From Octopus vulgaris (lineage: Eukaryota), in contig OX597817.1 of assembly GCA_951406725.2 (NCBI GenBank), positions 35,216,001 to 35,280,000 of the forward strand: a stretch of 64,000 nt of DNA, read 5' to 3'. The notes under the pieces were generated by a model, which was given only the letters and a program-made list of their open reading frames with translations, searched no databases and had not been told where the DNA came from. How positions within the stretch are numbered: the stretch's first letter is position 1; each line of letters begins with the position of its first letter. Shown in pieces: positions 13,585-27,268 of the stretch. The position numbers and the translations under genes were made by a program.

Positions 13585-13704
13585 GCTTACGGCCATATCA
13601 CGTTGAAAGCACCGGTTCTCGTCCGATCACCGAAGTTAAGCAACATCGAGCCTAGTTAGTACTTAGATGGTTGACCGCTTGGGAACCCTAGGTGCCGTAA
13701 GCAT
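13585..13704 (+). rRNA. 5S rRNA (G87T in box C)
   Basis: Full 5S sequence with GATGGTTGACC variant. Confidence 0.93.
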
Positions 13705-14097
13705 TACCTGTTTTTTTCTTTTTTTTTTACTACTACTGAAACTCTATTTGATTTAACTTCGTTTTTATTACGGCTTATGAAATTTTCCTATTTTCCTTCT
13801 CATTGTTACGGTCATTTGAGTCTTTAGTTACCTAAAACACATTATACAGCAGCAAGTCTGACAATTACGTTCTTTACACGTTGATCTGTACGAGAAAACT
13901 TTTCACATCTCGCGTTGTTAATCTCTAGTTTAGGACTCGGTGAGAAAAATGAAAATGAAGTGTAATAAATGTTAAATAATGTGTTGCTAACGAATGTAAA
14001 AAACTATAAATTTTAGAAAGGATAAACTTATTTTATTGAAATAAGAAGTTCTAGTATCAGTTTATAGAATAAATATATTAAAATTTACCACTTTGGT

Positions 14098-14217
14098 GCT
14101 TACGGCCATATCACGTTGAAAGCACCGGTTCTCGTCCGATCACCGAAGTTAAGCAACATCGAGCCTAGTTAGTACTTGGATGGGTGACCGCTTGGGAACC
14201 CTAGGTGCTGTAAGCAT
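14098..14217 (+). rRNA. 5S rRNA
   Basis: Full 5S sequence. Confidence 0.97.
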
Positions 14218-16619
14218 TCCATTCTTTTTTTTTTTTTAATAAATTGTAATTTCATCATACCATAGACGACTATCACTGTCAGCAAGAATAAAGAACAGCA
14301 ATACAAGCGATTTCCACCCGCACGATTTTGTTAATCTACGGATGCTTTCTGTATTCAGTCATGAAGATAATTCGAATCTGCTATGTTTTACTATATGGCA
14401 TGATGAAATTACAATTTATTCAAATTTATGAAGAATAATAAAAAAAAAAAAAATGCTTACAGCACCCAGCGGTAAAGTGGTAAATTTTAATATATTTATT
14501 CTATAAATTGATACTATAAACTGATGCTAAAACTTCTTTTCTTAAGAAAACATTTTTTTCTAAGGCAAATGTAATATAAACTTTAATCGACATGTATAAC
14601 ATAGACATGTACATCTTTTAGAACATTTTGCTTGTAAATTTTTGAAATAACATAAGCATTTACATGAAAGAAAATTACCGGAGTAGGCAAAGACTTCCTT
14701 TTGTACTCCCCCCCCCCCAATCCTCAACGCCCATTTTAATTAAATATTTTTTCTACACAAACTCCCGTTTTCGGCTATGGAGAATATGAATCTGCATAAA
14801 AATTGGCAAAGATTGGCACTTTGAAATTAACCCCACCACTTAATTCTTCATTTTAAACTTTTTTTAGAATTTTTTTTTGATCTTTTCCTTTTGAACGGCA
14901 GTTTTCAACACAATTTCTAGTTAACTAAACACTTTTAAACTTCGTATACTGGTAGAATGTGTCAAAATAAAACATTTTTTTCTCTTGGCTTTCTTGAGAA
15001 AATTGTAATTTGTAAGTTTAACGTAGTTTAATTTTTCTAATTTTAACCAATCGATGGACTCTATTGAGCTAAAATCATTTGCTGCGTCTAAAACTGAGAC
15101 AACATCCTGTCACTGACCCTAACCCTAAATTTTAGCCTTGCGTGTATATGTGTAGAGGTGGAAATGCATATGTGATTTGTGTTTGTACTTAAAGCACTCC
15201 TTTGTAAAACCAAGAGAGACCCTAGACCTTCGAACGAAAACCGGTGACCCTGAACCACTACAAAACTGACGACCGCGTATGCACCGTCGTAATAACTATC
15301 CACGCTCGATAGCCATGTTACACATGATTGAATGCCGCGCATATTAGTGAAGATCAAGTACACTGAACAACGGACCTGCCACAAATCCTGAATGAATATT
15401 GATGCTCAGCCATCTCAATTACTGTTACATATTGTGCACAAAAGTTTTTCCCATTAAAAAATTCAAATGCAGGAGTCTTTTTATTTCGCCGATTTTCCAG
15501 TTTGAGTTATTTGGAGTGCGAGAAGTTTTTAAACGTTCAAATATTACCGACTACCCTCCACTATTTTAGGTTTCCAAGCGTCCTCGATAGATAGTTGAAT
15601 TTAAGTGAAATTTTGAGAAATATTGGTCTACTTTCCTCAATAAAAATTATATTGTGCAATGGATATTATTTTGTTGGCTATTAAAGTCTAATGTGCATGC
15701 ATGAACTATTTAGGATGCATAACGATTAAAATATGACAAGGGTGAAGAGAAATCGGGTGGACATTATCACACTTTATTGAAATAAATAAGTTTCCCCAAA
15801 ATTAAACATATACAAAGTATATTTATAGTAAGTCACACACAAACATACGCACACATATATACATACAATTCACCATTACACTTAAACAGCCACACAAATA
15901 TATTACCCAAACATGCCCATAAACACTCCCGTATGTATACATACAATCGACCCTTACACTAAAAATTCAAAAAAGACTGAGCCAAGCAATTTTAGATGAA
16001 TGGGTTTATCTTTTGGCATCTTGTGTCGCTAAAGTGTAGAAAGTATGTTTTCTTTTTAAAAAAATAGCATTTTTATGTAGATCTTTTTAAGCTTCTGAGA
16101 GACCACCTTCATGAAATGTCGCCGTATAGGATGTGGTTTCCTTGAGCGCGGGGCCCGATTGGGAACAATCGATCCAATTGGCTTAAGGCCGTACCTGGAA
16201 CTACAGTCCTAAGAGGAAGGGTCACACCTTCAAACCATGTGTCTTTCCTCACTGTCACAGAATCCATGCATTCTCGGCGCGAGCATCGCCAGTACACATT
16301 CCCATCGCATTTTTTGTACTCATAAAAGGCTTCTTCCTAGTACATAATTTGTCTCCAGTGTCAATCCCAACTAACATATCACCAGGTTTGCCATCTCAGA
16401 GGTCTTTTCGAAGTTGTGCGACAGATTTAGAAAATAATTTTTTGTAACTAAACACTTTCAAAATTCGGACACTGGTAGAATGCGTCATATAAAACATCTT
16501 TTACTCTTAGGATTTTTGAGAAAAACTTATATTTACGAAGTTATTTCACGTTAAAGTTGTCCTATTTCGGTAATTTCAACAAATCAATGACGTGTATTCA
16601 GCTGAATAAAATTACTGCC

Positions 16620-17172
16620 GAGGGTGATGTCACATTCAATGATGACCTGAGGGTGGAGAAAGAAACTTGAACTCTATGGTCTTCCAGCTCCTGTCAGAGA
16701 TGTTCAACACAGGTTAGCATAAGAGCTAATCAGAGAAACATCATGCAACATGGAAAGTTTGTAAGCAGTTGTCAATGAGATGGGACCACTTCGGCAGAAA
16801 CGTTTAGCACGCTGGGCGAAATGCGTAGCCGTATTTCGTCTGCCATTACGATCTGGGTTCTAATTCCGCCGAGGTCAACTTTGTCTTTCATCCTTTCTGG
16901 GTCGATGAATTAAGTACCAGTTACGCACTGGGGTCGATGTAATCGACTTAATACATATGTCTGTTCTTGTTTGTCCCCTCTATGTTTAGCCCCTTGTGGG
17001 TAGTAAAGAAATAGGTATAGGATCAAAAGGAGGTATACTGTCAAGTTCTGACATCTGTGGACAATGACACTAGTGAGGGGGAGGGGTCTTGTTTTTAGAT
17101 GCTCCTGGGGGCACAGGAAAGACATTATTGATCAACTTGCTCCTTGCCAAGGTGAGTCAGAAGAAGGAGACC
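16620..17172 (+). pseudogene. Helitron helicase fragment (unit 4)
   Basis: Copy of 924-1475. Confidence 0.85.
16793..17013 (+). mobile_element. SINE (unit 4)
   Basis: Copy of 1097-1317. Confidence 0.8.
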
Positions 17173-17714
17173 AAATAGTTTGACTCCCCCAAAACAGGGG
17201 ACAAATGTAAGTAAAGACAATTGCTTACAAGTTTATGAACCATGTTAGAGTCTGTGAAGGCCATAAGACCAACCACTACTGGAACAAGTATATGAAGTTT
17301 TTGTCTTTTAAAGTTATGCGTTATATTTATTGGTCAAAGGGATATAATTGAACACATTTTCAACTAAAGTAACAATTATCTCCCTTTATATAGTTACCGA
17401 ATTTGCAAACCGTTTAAGTATCGTACTGATTTGCAGTCTTTGTTCCTGTTCTCTCTGGTTGATGGTTGTAGAACAATTATGACATGAAAGCTATTTTCAG
17501 TATCTTCATAGGAAAACTTTAATAAACTTAGGTGAACGATTATCACTACCAATAAGGTTCGTGAGTAAAGAACAGCCATAGAAGAGGTTTCCACGTGCTG
17601 CATTTTGTAAATCTGCGGATGCATTCTGTAATTAATAATGAAAATAAATCGAATCTGCTGTGTTTTAATGCTTCTTATGGTCAAATTACAATTCGTTTAA
17701 GTTAAAAAAAAAAA

Positions 17715-17834
17715 ATGCTTACAGCACCTAGGGTTCCCAAGCGGTCACCCATCTAAGTACTAACTAGGCTCGATGTTGCTTAACTTCGGTGATCGGACGA
17801 GAACCGGTGTTTTCAACGTGATATGGCCGTAAGC
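17715..17834 (-). rRNA. 5S rRNA
   Basis: Full 5S sequence. Confidence 0.97.
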
Positions 17835-18806
17835 AACAGAGTAGTAAATTTTAATATATTTATTCTATAAACAGATACTACCACAATTTCGTTCTTCAGA
17901 ATATATATTTCTTTCTTTTAGTTTATATAAACTTGGTAATCTTTCGGTAAAAATACATTATCTTTCGTCTTCACAGTACCAACTTAGCGATCTCGGTAGA
18001 AAAAAATAAACATTGTCTTTCACTTTCACAATGCTGAACAGTCGAACACTCGCACCAACACTTACACATCCCCCGACCCCTTTGTCTGCCCTCTCTTTGT
18101 CCCTACCTTTATGGTAAATAAAAAACCAGTTATATTTATTAGTCAAAGTAATATGATTGACCAACATTTTCAGCTAACGCGAAAATTATCTCTCTTTCTA
18201 AAGTTAAAGAATAAACAAATCGATTAAGTGTCGCAGAAAATGTTTTGCGATATTTGTTCCTTGTTCTCTCTGGTTGATGATCGTACAACAATCATGATAT
18301 GAAAGCTATTTTCAACTATAGCGGTTTACCAAGTTTTTCTTATATAGCGGATATTTTCTGGTTGGTTTGTTTACTGTTAGTGTAACGTTACTTTATTATG
18401 TTTCCTATTTGGAAATAGATAAATATATTTAGCTTTTTAAATAGGGATATATAATGATAAAACTGTTACTTATAAGTGTTACCATTGTACGTAAATCCTG
18501 ACTCCAGCTACATATGGGTGTTGGGGGGGGGGGGTACAAAGGGAAGTCTTGCCTACTCCGGTAAATTTCTTTCAAATAACTGTTTATGTTATTTCAAAAA
18601 TTTACAAGCAAAATCTTCTAAAATGACAATGTTTTAAAAGATGTACATGTTTATGTTATATATGACAATAAAAGTTTACATTACACTTGCTTTAAATTGT
18701 ATATAAATCTAAAAAAAAAAAGTTGTTCTTAAGAAAAAAAGAAGTTTTAGCATCAGTTTATAGTGTCAGGTTATAGAATAAATAGATTAAAATTTATTAA
18801 ACTGAT

Positions 18807-18926
18807 GCTTACGGCCATATCACGTTGAAAGCACCGGTTCTCGTCCGATCACCGAAGTTAAGCAACATCGAGCCTAGTTAGTACTTAGATGGTTGACCGC
18901 TTGGGAACCCTAGGTGCCGTAAGCAT
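18807..18926 (+). rRNA. 5S rRNA (G87T)
   Basis: Full 5S sequence. Confidence 0.93.
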
Positions 18927-19321
18927 TACCTGTTTTTTTCTTTTTTTTTTACTACTACTGAAACTCTATTTGATTTAACTTCGTTTTTATTACGGCTTAT
19001 GAAATTTTCCTATTTTCCTTCTCATTGTTACGGTCATTTGAGTCTTTAGTTACCTAAACCACATTATACAGCAGCAAGTTAGGCAACTACGTTCCTTACA
19101 CGTTGATCTGTACGAGAAAACAGTTCACATCTCACGTCGTTAATCTCTAGTTTAGGACTCGGTGAGAAAAATGAAAAAAAAAAGTGTAATATATGTTAAA
19201 TAATGTGTTGTTAACGAATGTAAAAAACTATAAATTTTAGAGAGGATAAACTTATTCTACTAAAATAAGAAGTTCTAGTATCAGTTTATAGAATAAATAT
19301 ATTAAAATTTACCACTTTGGT

Positions 19322-19441
19322 GCTTACGGCCATATCACGTTGAAGGCACCGGTTCTCGTCCGATCACCGAAGTTAAGCAACATCGAGCCTAGTTAGTACT
19401 TGGATGGGTGACCGCTTGGGAACCCTGGGTGCTGTAAGCAT
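19322..19441 (+). rRNA. 5S rRNA (variant)
   Basis: Full 5S with 2 private substitutions. Confidence 0.93.
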
Positions 19442-19686
19442 TCCATTCCTCTTTTTTTTTTTAATAAATTGTAATTTCATCATATCATAGACGACTATCA
19501 CTGTCAGCAAGGTTCGTGAATAAAGAACAGCAATACAAGCGGTTTCCACCCGCACGATTTTGTTAATCTGCGGATGCTTTCTGTATTTAGTCATGAAGAT
19601 AATTCGAATCTGCTATGTTTTACTATATGGCATGATGAAATTACAATTTATTCAAATTTATGAAGAATAAAAAAAAAAACAAGGTA

Positions 19687-19796
19687 ATGCCAGGGTTCCC
19701 AAGCGGTCACCCATCCAAGTACTAAGTAGGCTCGATATTGCTTAACTTCGGTGATCGGACGAGAACCGGTGTTTTCAACGTGATATGGCCGTAAGC
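19687..19796 (-). pseudogene. 5S rRNA pseudogene (~10-nt deletion near the 3' end)
   Basis: ATGC-CAGGGTTCCC instead of ATGCTTACAGCACCTAGGGTTCCC, which removes the 3' strand of helix I. Confidence 0.9.
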
Positions 19797-20340
19797 ATCA
19801 AAGTAGTAAATTTTAATATATTTGTTTTATAAACAGATACTACCACAATTTCGTTCCTCAGAATAATTCATCTTCCTTAAATCTATTTACAACGTAAGGG
19901 CAATATTTCGCTAAAAGTCTATAATGCTATGAGTGAGTCTCTTACTTTATCTCGTTCACAGACAAACACACGCACCAACACTTACGCAGCATTGCCGTTA
20001 TATACTTACTACTACCGAAATATTGCCCACTTCATTTTCAGTACGACTTATGAACTTTTCCTATTTTCCTTCTCATTCTTACGGTCATTTAAATTTTTAT
20101 TTACCTAGCATCCATTATACACCAGCAAGTCATGCTACTACGTTCCTTACACTTTCCTCTTTACCAGAAAACATTCCACACTTCGTGCGCGTGGATGTTT
20201 ACATACTATGTTGTTATATATACCGGTGTAATGACGTGATACGATCACTATATCCATTGGGTCGGATATAAAATACCAGCAGTTTCGTTTTGGGATTTTG
20301 TTTGCAAGATTCTATAAATGAGTTCGTGTGTTGAAGCATA

Positions 20341-20548
20341 TTCTGTTGTCTGGGGAGAGTCATTTTCTTTTTGTGCCTTATAATGTACGGTAAAATTTCC
20401 ACTTATTTCTTATTTTTATTCAAAAAGGTTGCAAGACGCAACGAAAATTTTAGGAAAATAAAAATAAGAAATAAGTGGAAATTTTACCGGTGAGTCTGTT
20501 ACATTATAAGGCACAAAAAGAAAATGATTCTCTCCAGACACAACAGAA
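20341..20548. mobile_element. MITE with long TIRs flanked by TA (Tc1/mariner-type target site)
   Basis: TTCTGTTGTCTGGGGAGAGTCATTTTCTTTTTGTGCCTTATAATGTA ... TACATTATAAGGCACAAAAAGAAAATGATTCTCTCCAGACACAACAGAA, with TA on both sides. Confidence 0.8.
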
Positions 20549-21302
20549 TACCACCTGTTATTTGTCGACTATACCCTGCTCTCTGATATTCAGTAGTTGA
20601 TAGCAGAAATAGAGGCGAACGTGTTCACTGTTTTGTGCACGAGATGTGAAATGTTTTCTGGTAAAGATCAACGTGTAACGTCGTATCGTGACTTACTGGT
20701 GTTGTATGGGTGCAAGGTAAATAAAAACTGGCAATCAAACTGGTTTTGGTCTCCATTCATTCTTTCAGTTGTATGTATGTGTATCTATATATGTGTGTGT
20801 ATGAGTGCGTGAGTGAGTTAGTATGTTGGCGTGTGTCACTGTTTATGTTGATCGTCCAAACAGAAAACAGTGTGTGTGTGGCGGGGGGCGTGATTTTCAC
20901 GCTTCAGCTGCAAAAAATAAACATTAAAGAAATAAAAATTCTATTCAGAACTTGCCGAACAAGTACTTGCATTTCTCGGCGACCAAAACCAATTAATCGC
21001 CTAAAACCTTAAACGACAAGAACAATAGGAAAAGTTCATAAGTCGTGATAAAAATAGAGTAAAATAGGTAATGTTTCGGTAGTAGTGTATGACGTCAATG
21101 ATGAATAAGTGTTGGTGCGAGTGTTTGTTTAGCACTGTGAAGGAGATGAAACATAATGTCACAGACTCAATCATAATATCAGATTTTTACCGAAAGAGTG
21201 ATGCTGGGTTCGAACTCTTGGAGAACCCAACACGGTTCATAAACTTGTAGGCAATTGTCCTTGCTTACATCTGTCTCCTGTTCTTTGGGGGTCAAACTAT
21301 TT

Positions 21303-21642
21303 GGTCTCCTTCTTCTGACTCACCTTGGCAAGGAGCAAGTTGATCAATAATGTCTTTCCTGTGCCCCCAGGAGCTTCTAAAACAAGACCCCACCACCACC
21401 ACCACCACCACCAGTGTCATTGTCCACAGATGTCAGAACTTGACAGTATACTACCTTTTGATCCTATACCGGAAGTGGTCCCATCTTCTGGACAACCGCT
21501 TACAAACTTTCCATGTTGTATGATGTTTCCCTGATTAGCTCTTATGCTAACCTGTGCTGGACATCTCTGACAGGAGCTGGAGGACCATAGAGTTCAAGTT
21601 TGTTTCCACCCTGAGGTCATCATTGAATGTGACATCACCCTC
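21303..21642 (-). pseudogene. Helitron helicase fragment, SINE-free allele
   Basis: Minus strand ..EAPGGTGKTLLINLLLAKV; empty SINE site ACCACTTCCGGTATAGG; (GGT)n expansion. Confidence 0.85.
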
Positions 21643-22190
21643 TAACATGTTCTCTCTGGTTGATGATCGTACAACAATCATGATATGAAAGCTATTTTCA
21701 ACTATAGCGGTTTACCAAGTTTTTCTTATATAGCGGATATTTTCTGGTTGGTTTGTTTACTGTTAGTGTAACGTTACTTTATTATGTTTCCTATTTGGAA
21801 ATAGATAAATATATTTAGCTCTTTAAATAGGGATATATAATGATAAAACCGTTACTTATAAGTGTTACCATTATACGTAAATCCTGACTCCAGCTACATA
21901 TGGGTGTTGGGGGGGGGGGTACAAAGGGAAGTCTTGCTTACTCCAGTAATTTTCTTTCATATAAATGTTTATGTTATTTCAAAAATTTGCAAGCAAAATC
22001 TTCTAAAATGACAATGTTTTAAAAGATGTACATGTTTATGTTATATATGACAATAAAAGTTTACATCACACTTGCTTTAAGTTGTATATAAATTTAAAAA
22101 AAAAAGTTGTTCTTAAGAAAAAAAGAAGTTTTAGCATCAGTTTATAGTGTCATGTTATAGAATAAATAGATTAAAATTTATTAAACTGAT

Positions 22191-22310
22191 GCTTACGGCC
22201 ATATCACGTTGAAAGCACCGGTTCTCGTCCGATCACCGAAGTTAAGCAACATCGAGCCTAGTTAGTACTTGGATGGGTGACCGCTTGGGAACCCTAGGTG
22301 CTGTAAGCGT
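22191..22310 (+). rRNA. 5S rRNA
   Basis: Full 5S sequence. Confidence 0.96.
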
Positions 22311-22718
22311 TCCCTTTTGTTTTTTTCTTTTTTTTTTTTACTACTACTGAAACTCTATTCGATTTAACTTCGTTTTTATTACGGCTTATGAAATTTTCCT
22401 ATTTTCCTATTTTCCTTCTCATTGTTACGGTAATTTGAGTCTTTAGTTACCTAAACCACATTATACAGCAGCAAGTTAGGCAACTACGTTCCTTACACGT
22501 TGATCTGTACGAGAAAACTTTTCACATCTCGCGTTGTTAATCTCTAGTTTAGGACTCGGTGAGAAAAATGAAAAAAAAAAGTGTAATATATGTTAAATAA
22601 TGTGTTGTTAACGAATGTAAAAAACTATAAATTTTAGAGAGGATAAACCTATTCCACTAAAATAAGAAGTTCTAGTATCAGTTTATAGAATAAATATATT
22701 AAAATTTACCACTTTGGT

Positions 22719-22839
22719 GCTTACGGCCATATCACGTTGAAAGCACCGGTTCTCGTTCCGATCACCGAAGTTAAGCAACATCGAGCCTAGTTAGTACTTG
22801 GATGGGTGACCGCTTGGGAACCCTAGGTGCTGTAAGCAT
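22719..22839 (+). rRNA. 5S rRNA (1-nt insertion)
   Basis: Full 5S with CTCGTTCCGATC. Confidence 0.92.
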
Positions 22840-23081
22840 TCCATTCCTTTTTTTTTTTAATAAATTGTAATTTCATCATACCATAGACGACTATCACTGT
22901 CAGCAAGGTTCGTGAATAAAGAACAGCAATACAAGCGGTTTCCACCCGCACGATTTTGTTAATCTGCGGATGCTTTCTGTATTTAGTCATGAAGATAATT
23001 CGAATCTGCTATGTTTTACTATATGGCATGATGAAATTACAATTTATTCAAATTTATGAAGAATAAAAAAAAAACAAGGTA

Positions 23082-23200
23082 ATGCTTACAGCACCTAGGG
23101 TTCCCAAGCGGTCACCCATCTAAGTACTAACTAGGCTCGATGTTGCTTAATTCGGTGATCGGACGAGAACCGGTGCTTTCAACGTGATATGGCCGTAAGC
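23082..23200 (-). rRNA. 5S rRNA (1-nt deletion in box A region)
   Basis: 119 nt; GCTTAATTCGG vs GCTTAACTTCGG. Confidence 0.88.
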
Positions 23201-23758
23201 AACAAAGTAGTTAATTTTAATATATTTGTTCTATAAACAGATACTACCACAATTTCGTTCTTCAGAATAATTCATTTTTCTTAAATCTATATACAACATA
23301 AGGCAATCTTTCGCTAAAAATCTATACTGTTGTGAGTGAGTCTCTGACTTCATACTTAATCTCCTTCACAGTGCTGAATAGTCAAACACACGCACCAACA
23401 CTTACGCAGCATTGCCGTTATATAGTTACTACTACCGAAATATTGCCCACTTCATTTTCTTTACGACTTATGAACTTTTCCTATTTTCCTTCTCATTCTT
23501 ACGATCAACTAAGTTTTTATTTACCTAGCATCCATTATACACCAGCAAGTCATGCTACTACGTTCCTTACACTTTCCTCTTTACCAGAAAACATTCCACA
23601 CTTCGTGTGCGTGGATATTTACATACAATGTTGTTATAAACCGGTGTAATGACGTGATACCATCACTATATCCATTGGGTCGGATATAAAATACCAGCAG
23701 TTTCGTTTTGGGATTTTGTTTGCAAGATTCTTTATATGAGTTCGTGCGTTGAAGCATA

Positions 23759-23945
23759 TTCTGTTGTCTGGGGAGAGTCATTTTCTTTTTTTGCCTTATA
23801 ATGTAACACACTAACCTTGAAAAGGTTGCAAGGCGCAACGAAAATTTTAAGAAAATAAAAATAAGAAATAAGTGGAAATTTTACCGGTGAGTGTGTTACA
23901 TTATAAGGCACAAAAAGAAAATGATTCTCTCCAGACACAACAGAA
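23759..23945. mobile_element. TA-flanked MITE (duplicate of 20341-20548)
   Basis: Same TIRs, different internal deletion. Confidence 0.8.
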
Positions 23946-24699
23946 TACCACCTGTTATTTGTCGACTATACCCTGCTCTCTGATATTCAGTAGTTGATGA
24001 CAGAAATTGAGGCGAACGTGTTCACTATTTTGTGCACGAAATGTGAAATGTTTTCTGGTAATGATCAACGTGTAACGTCGTATCGTGACTTACTGGTGTA
24101 AAACAGGTGAAAGGTAAATAAAAATTGGCAATCAAACTGGTTTTGGTCTCCATTCATTCTTTCAGTTGTATGTATGTGTTTCTGTATATGTGTGTGTATG
24201 AGTGCGTGAGTGGGTTAGTATGTTGGCGTGTGTGTCACTTTATTTTGATCGGCCAAACAGAAAACAGTGTGTGTGTGTGTGTGCCCATGATTTTCACGCT
24301 TCAGCTGCAAAAAATAAACATTAAAGAAATAAAAATTCTATTCAGAACTTGCCGAACAAGTACTTACATTTCTCGGCGACCAAAACCAATTAATCGCCTA
24401 AAACCTTAAATGACAAGAACAATAGGAAAAGTTCATAAGTCGTGATAAAAATAGAGTAAAATAGCAAATGTTTCGGTAGTAGTGTATGATGTCAATGATG
24501 AATAAGTGTTGGTGCGAGTGTTTGTTTAGCACTGTGAAGGAGATGAAACATAATGTCACAGACTCAATCATAATATCAGATTTTTACCGAAAGAGTGATG
24601 CTGGGTTCGAACACTTGGAGAACCCAACACGGTTCATAAACTTGTAGGCAATTGTCCTTGCTTACATCTGTCTCCTGTTCTTTGGGGGTCAAACTATTT

Positions 24700-25039
24700 G
24701 GTCTCCTTCTTCTGACTCACCTTGGCAAGGAGCAAGTTGATCAATAATGTCTTTCCTGTGCCCCCAGGAGCTTCTAAAACAAGACCCCACCACCACCACT
24801 ACCACCACCAGTGTCATTGTCCACAGATGTCAGAACTTGACAGTATACTACCTTTTGATCCTATACCGGAAGTGGTCCCATCTCCTGGACAACCGCTTAC
24901 AAACTTTCCATGTTGTATGATGTTTCCCTGATTAGCTCTTATGCTAACCTGTGCTGAACATCTCTGACAGGAGCTGGAGGACCATAGAGTTCAAGTTTGT
25001 TTCCACCCTGAGGTCATCATTGAATGTGACATCACCCTC
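24700..25039 (-). pseudogene. Helitron helicase fragment, SINE-free allele
   Basis: As 21303-21642. Confidence 0.85.
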
Positions 25040-27148
25040 GGCAGTAATTTTATTCAGCTGAATACACGTCATTGATTGGTTGAAATTACCGAAATAGGAC
25101 AACTTAAACGTGAAATAACTTCGTAAATATAAGTTTTTCTCAAAAATCCTAAGAGTAAAAGATGTTTTATATGACGCATTCTACCAGTGTCCGAATTTTG
25201 AAAGTGTTTAGTTACAAAAAATTATTTTCTAAATCTGTCGCACAACTTCGAAAAGACCTCTGAGATGGCAAACCTGGTGATATGTTAGTTGGGATTGACA
25301 CTGGAGACAAATTATGTACTAGGAAGAAGCCTTTTATGAGTACAAAAAATGCGATGGGAATGTGTACTGGCGATGCTCGCGCCGAGAATGCATGGATTCT
25401 GTGACAGTGAGGAAAGACACATGGTTTGAAGGTGTGACCCTTCCTCTTAGGACAGTAGTTCCAGGTACGGCCTTAAGCCGATTGTTCCCTATCGGGCCCC
25501 GCGCTCAAGGAGGCCACATCCTATACGGCGACATTTCATGAAGGTGGTCTCTCAGAAGCTTAAAAAGATCTACAAAAAATGCTCTTTTTTTTAAAAGAAA
25601 ACATACTTTCTACACTTTAGCGACACAAGATGCCAAAAGATAAACCCATTCATCTAAAATTGCTTGGCTCAGTCTTTTTTGAATTTTTATGGGCATGTTT
25701 GGGTAATATATTTGTGTGGCTGTTTAAGTGTAATGGTGAATTGTATGTATATATGTGTGCGTATGTTTGTGTGTGTGACTTACTATAAATATACTTTGTA
25801 TGTTTAATTTTGAGGAAACTTATTTATTTCAATAAAGTGTGATAATGTCCACCCGATTTCTCTTCACCCTTGTCATATTTTAATCGTTATGCATCCTAAA
25901 TAGTTCATGCATGCACATTAGACTTTAATAGCCTACAAAATAATATCCATTGCACAATATAATTTTTATTGAGGAAAATAGACCAATATTTCTCAAAATT
26001 TCACTTTAATTCAATTATCTATCGAGGAAGCTTGGAAACCTAAAATAGTGGAGGGTAGTCGGTAATACTTGAACGTTTAAAAACTTCTCGCACTCCAAAT
26101 GACTCAAACTGGAAAATCGGCGAAAAAAAAAGACCTCTGCATTTGAATTTTTCAATGAGAAAAACTTTTGTGCACAGTATGCAACAACAGTAATTGAGAT
26201 GGCTGAGCATCAATATTCATTCAGGATTTGTGGCAGGTTCGTTGTTCAGTGTACTTGATCTTCACTAATATGCGCGGCATTCAATCATGTGTAACATGGC
26301 TATCGAGCGTGGATAGTTATTACGACGGTGCATACGCGGTCGTCAGTTTTGTAGTGGTTCAGGGTCACCGGTTTTCGTTCGAAGGTCTAGGGTTTCCCTT
26401 GGTTTTACAAAGGAGTGCTTTAAGTACAAACACAAATCACATATGCATTTCCACCTCTACACATATACACGCAAGGCTAAAATTTAGGGTTAGGGTTAGG
26501 GTTAGGGTCAGTGACAGGATGTTGTCTCAGTTTTAGACGCAGCAAATGATTTTAGCTCAATAGAGGCTATCGATTGGTTAAAATTAGAAAAATTAAACTA
26601 CGTTAAACTTACAAATTACAATTTTCTCAAGAAAGCCAAGAGAAAAAAAATGTTTTATTTTGACACATGCTACCAGTATACGAAGTTTAATAGTTAACTA
26701 GAAATTGTGTTGAAAACTGCCGTTCAAAAGGAAAAGATCAAAAAAAATTTCTAAAAAAAGTTTAAAATGAAGAATTAAGTGGTGGGGTTAATTTCAAAGT
26801 GCCAATCTTTGCCAATTTTTATGCAGATTCATATTCTCCATAGCCGAAAACTATGTGCAGAAAAAAAATTAAATTAAAATGGGCGTTGAGGGTTGGGGTG
26901 GGGGGAGTACAAAAGGAAGTCTTTGCCTACTCCGGTAATTTTCTTTCATGTAAATGCTTATGTTATTTCAAAAATTTACAAGCAAAATGACAATGTTCTA
27001 AAAGATGTATATGTCTATGTTATACATGACGATAAAAGTTTACATTACACTTGCCTTAGAAAAAAATGTTTTCTTAAGAAAAGAAGTTTTAGCATCAGTT
27101 TATAGTATCAATTTATAGAATAAATATATTAAAATTTACCACTTTGAT

Positions 27149-27268
27149 GCTTACGGCCATATCACGTTGAAAGCACCGGTTCTCGTCCGATCACCGAAGT
27201 TAAGCAACATCGAGCCTAGTTAGTACTTGGATGGGTGACCGCTTGGGAACCCTAGGTGCCGTAAGCAT
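27149..27268 (+). rRNA. 5S rRNA
   Basis: Full 5S sequence. Confidence 0.97.

Larger units (their letters stand above)
1..19680 (+). repeat. Higher-order ~5.23-kb tandem repeat containing 5S genes and transposon fragments (3.7 copies; unit starts 1, 5229, 10463, 15697)
   Basis: ATGCATGAACTATTT recurs at 1/5229/10463/15697 and identical ORFs recur at offsets 5228/5234/5234. Differences are mostly homopolymer lengths; copy 4 diverges after ~19.05 kb. Confidence 0.97.
18262..25039 (+). repeat. ~3.39-kb tandem duplication (18262-21642 / 21648-25039)
   Basis: Homologous ORF-track entries recur at an offset of ~3397 (21325/24722). Junction at 21643-21647 has a TAACA filler. Confidence 0.9.

Noticed and set aside
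21200-21235. tRNA gene (GGTTCGAACTC B-box-like)
   Set aside because: No cloverleaf or A-box; the duplicate at ~24600 alters the motif.
21325-21534. His-repeat ORF MARSKLINN...HHHHHHH (also 24722)
   Set aside because: It is the antisense reading of the Helitron helicase remnant with a (GGT)n expansion.
26484-26507. (TTAGGG)4 as a telomere-healing site
   Set aside because: Only four units, internal to a repeat whose forward copies have two. Slippage is sufficient to explain it.
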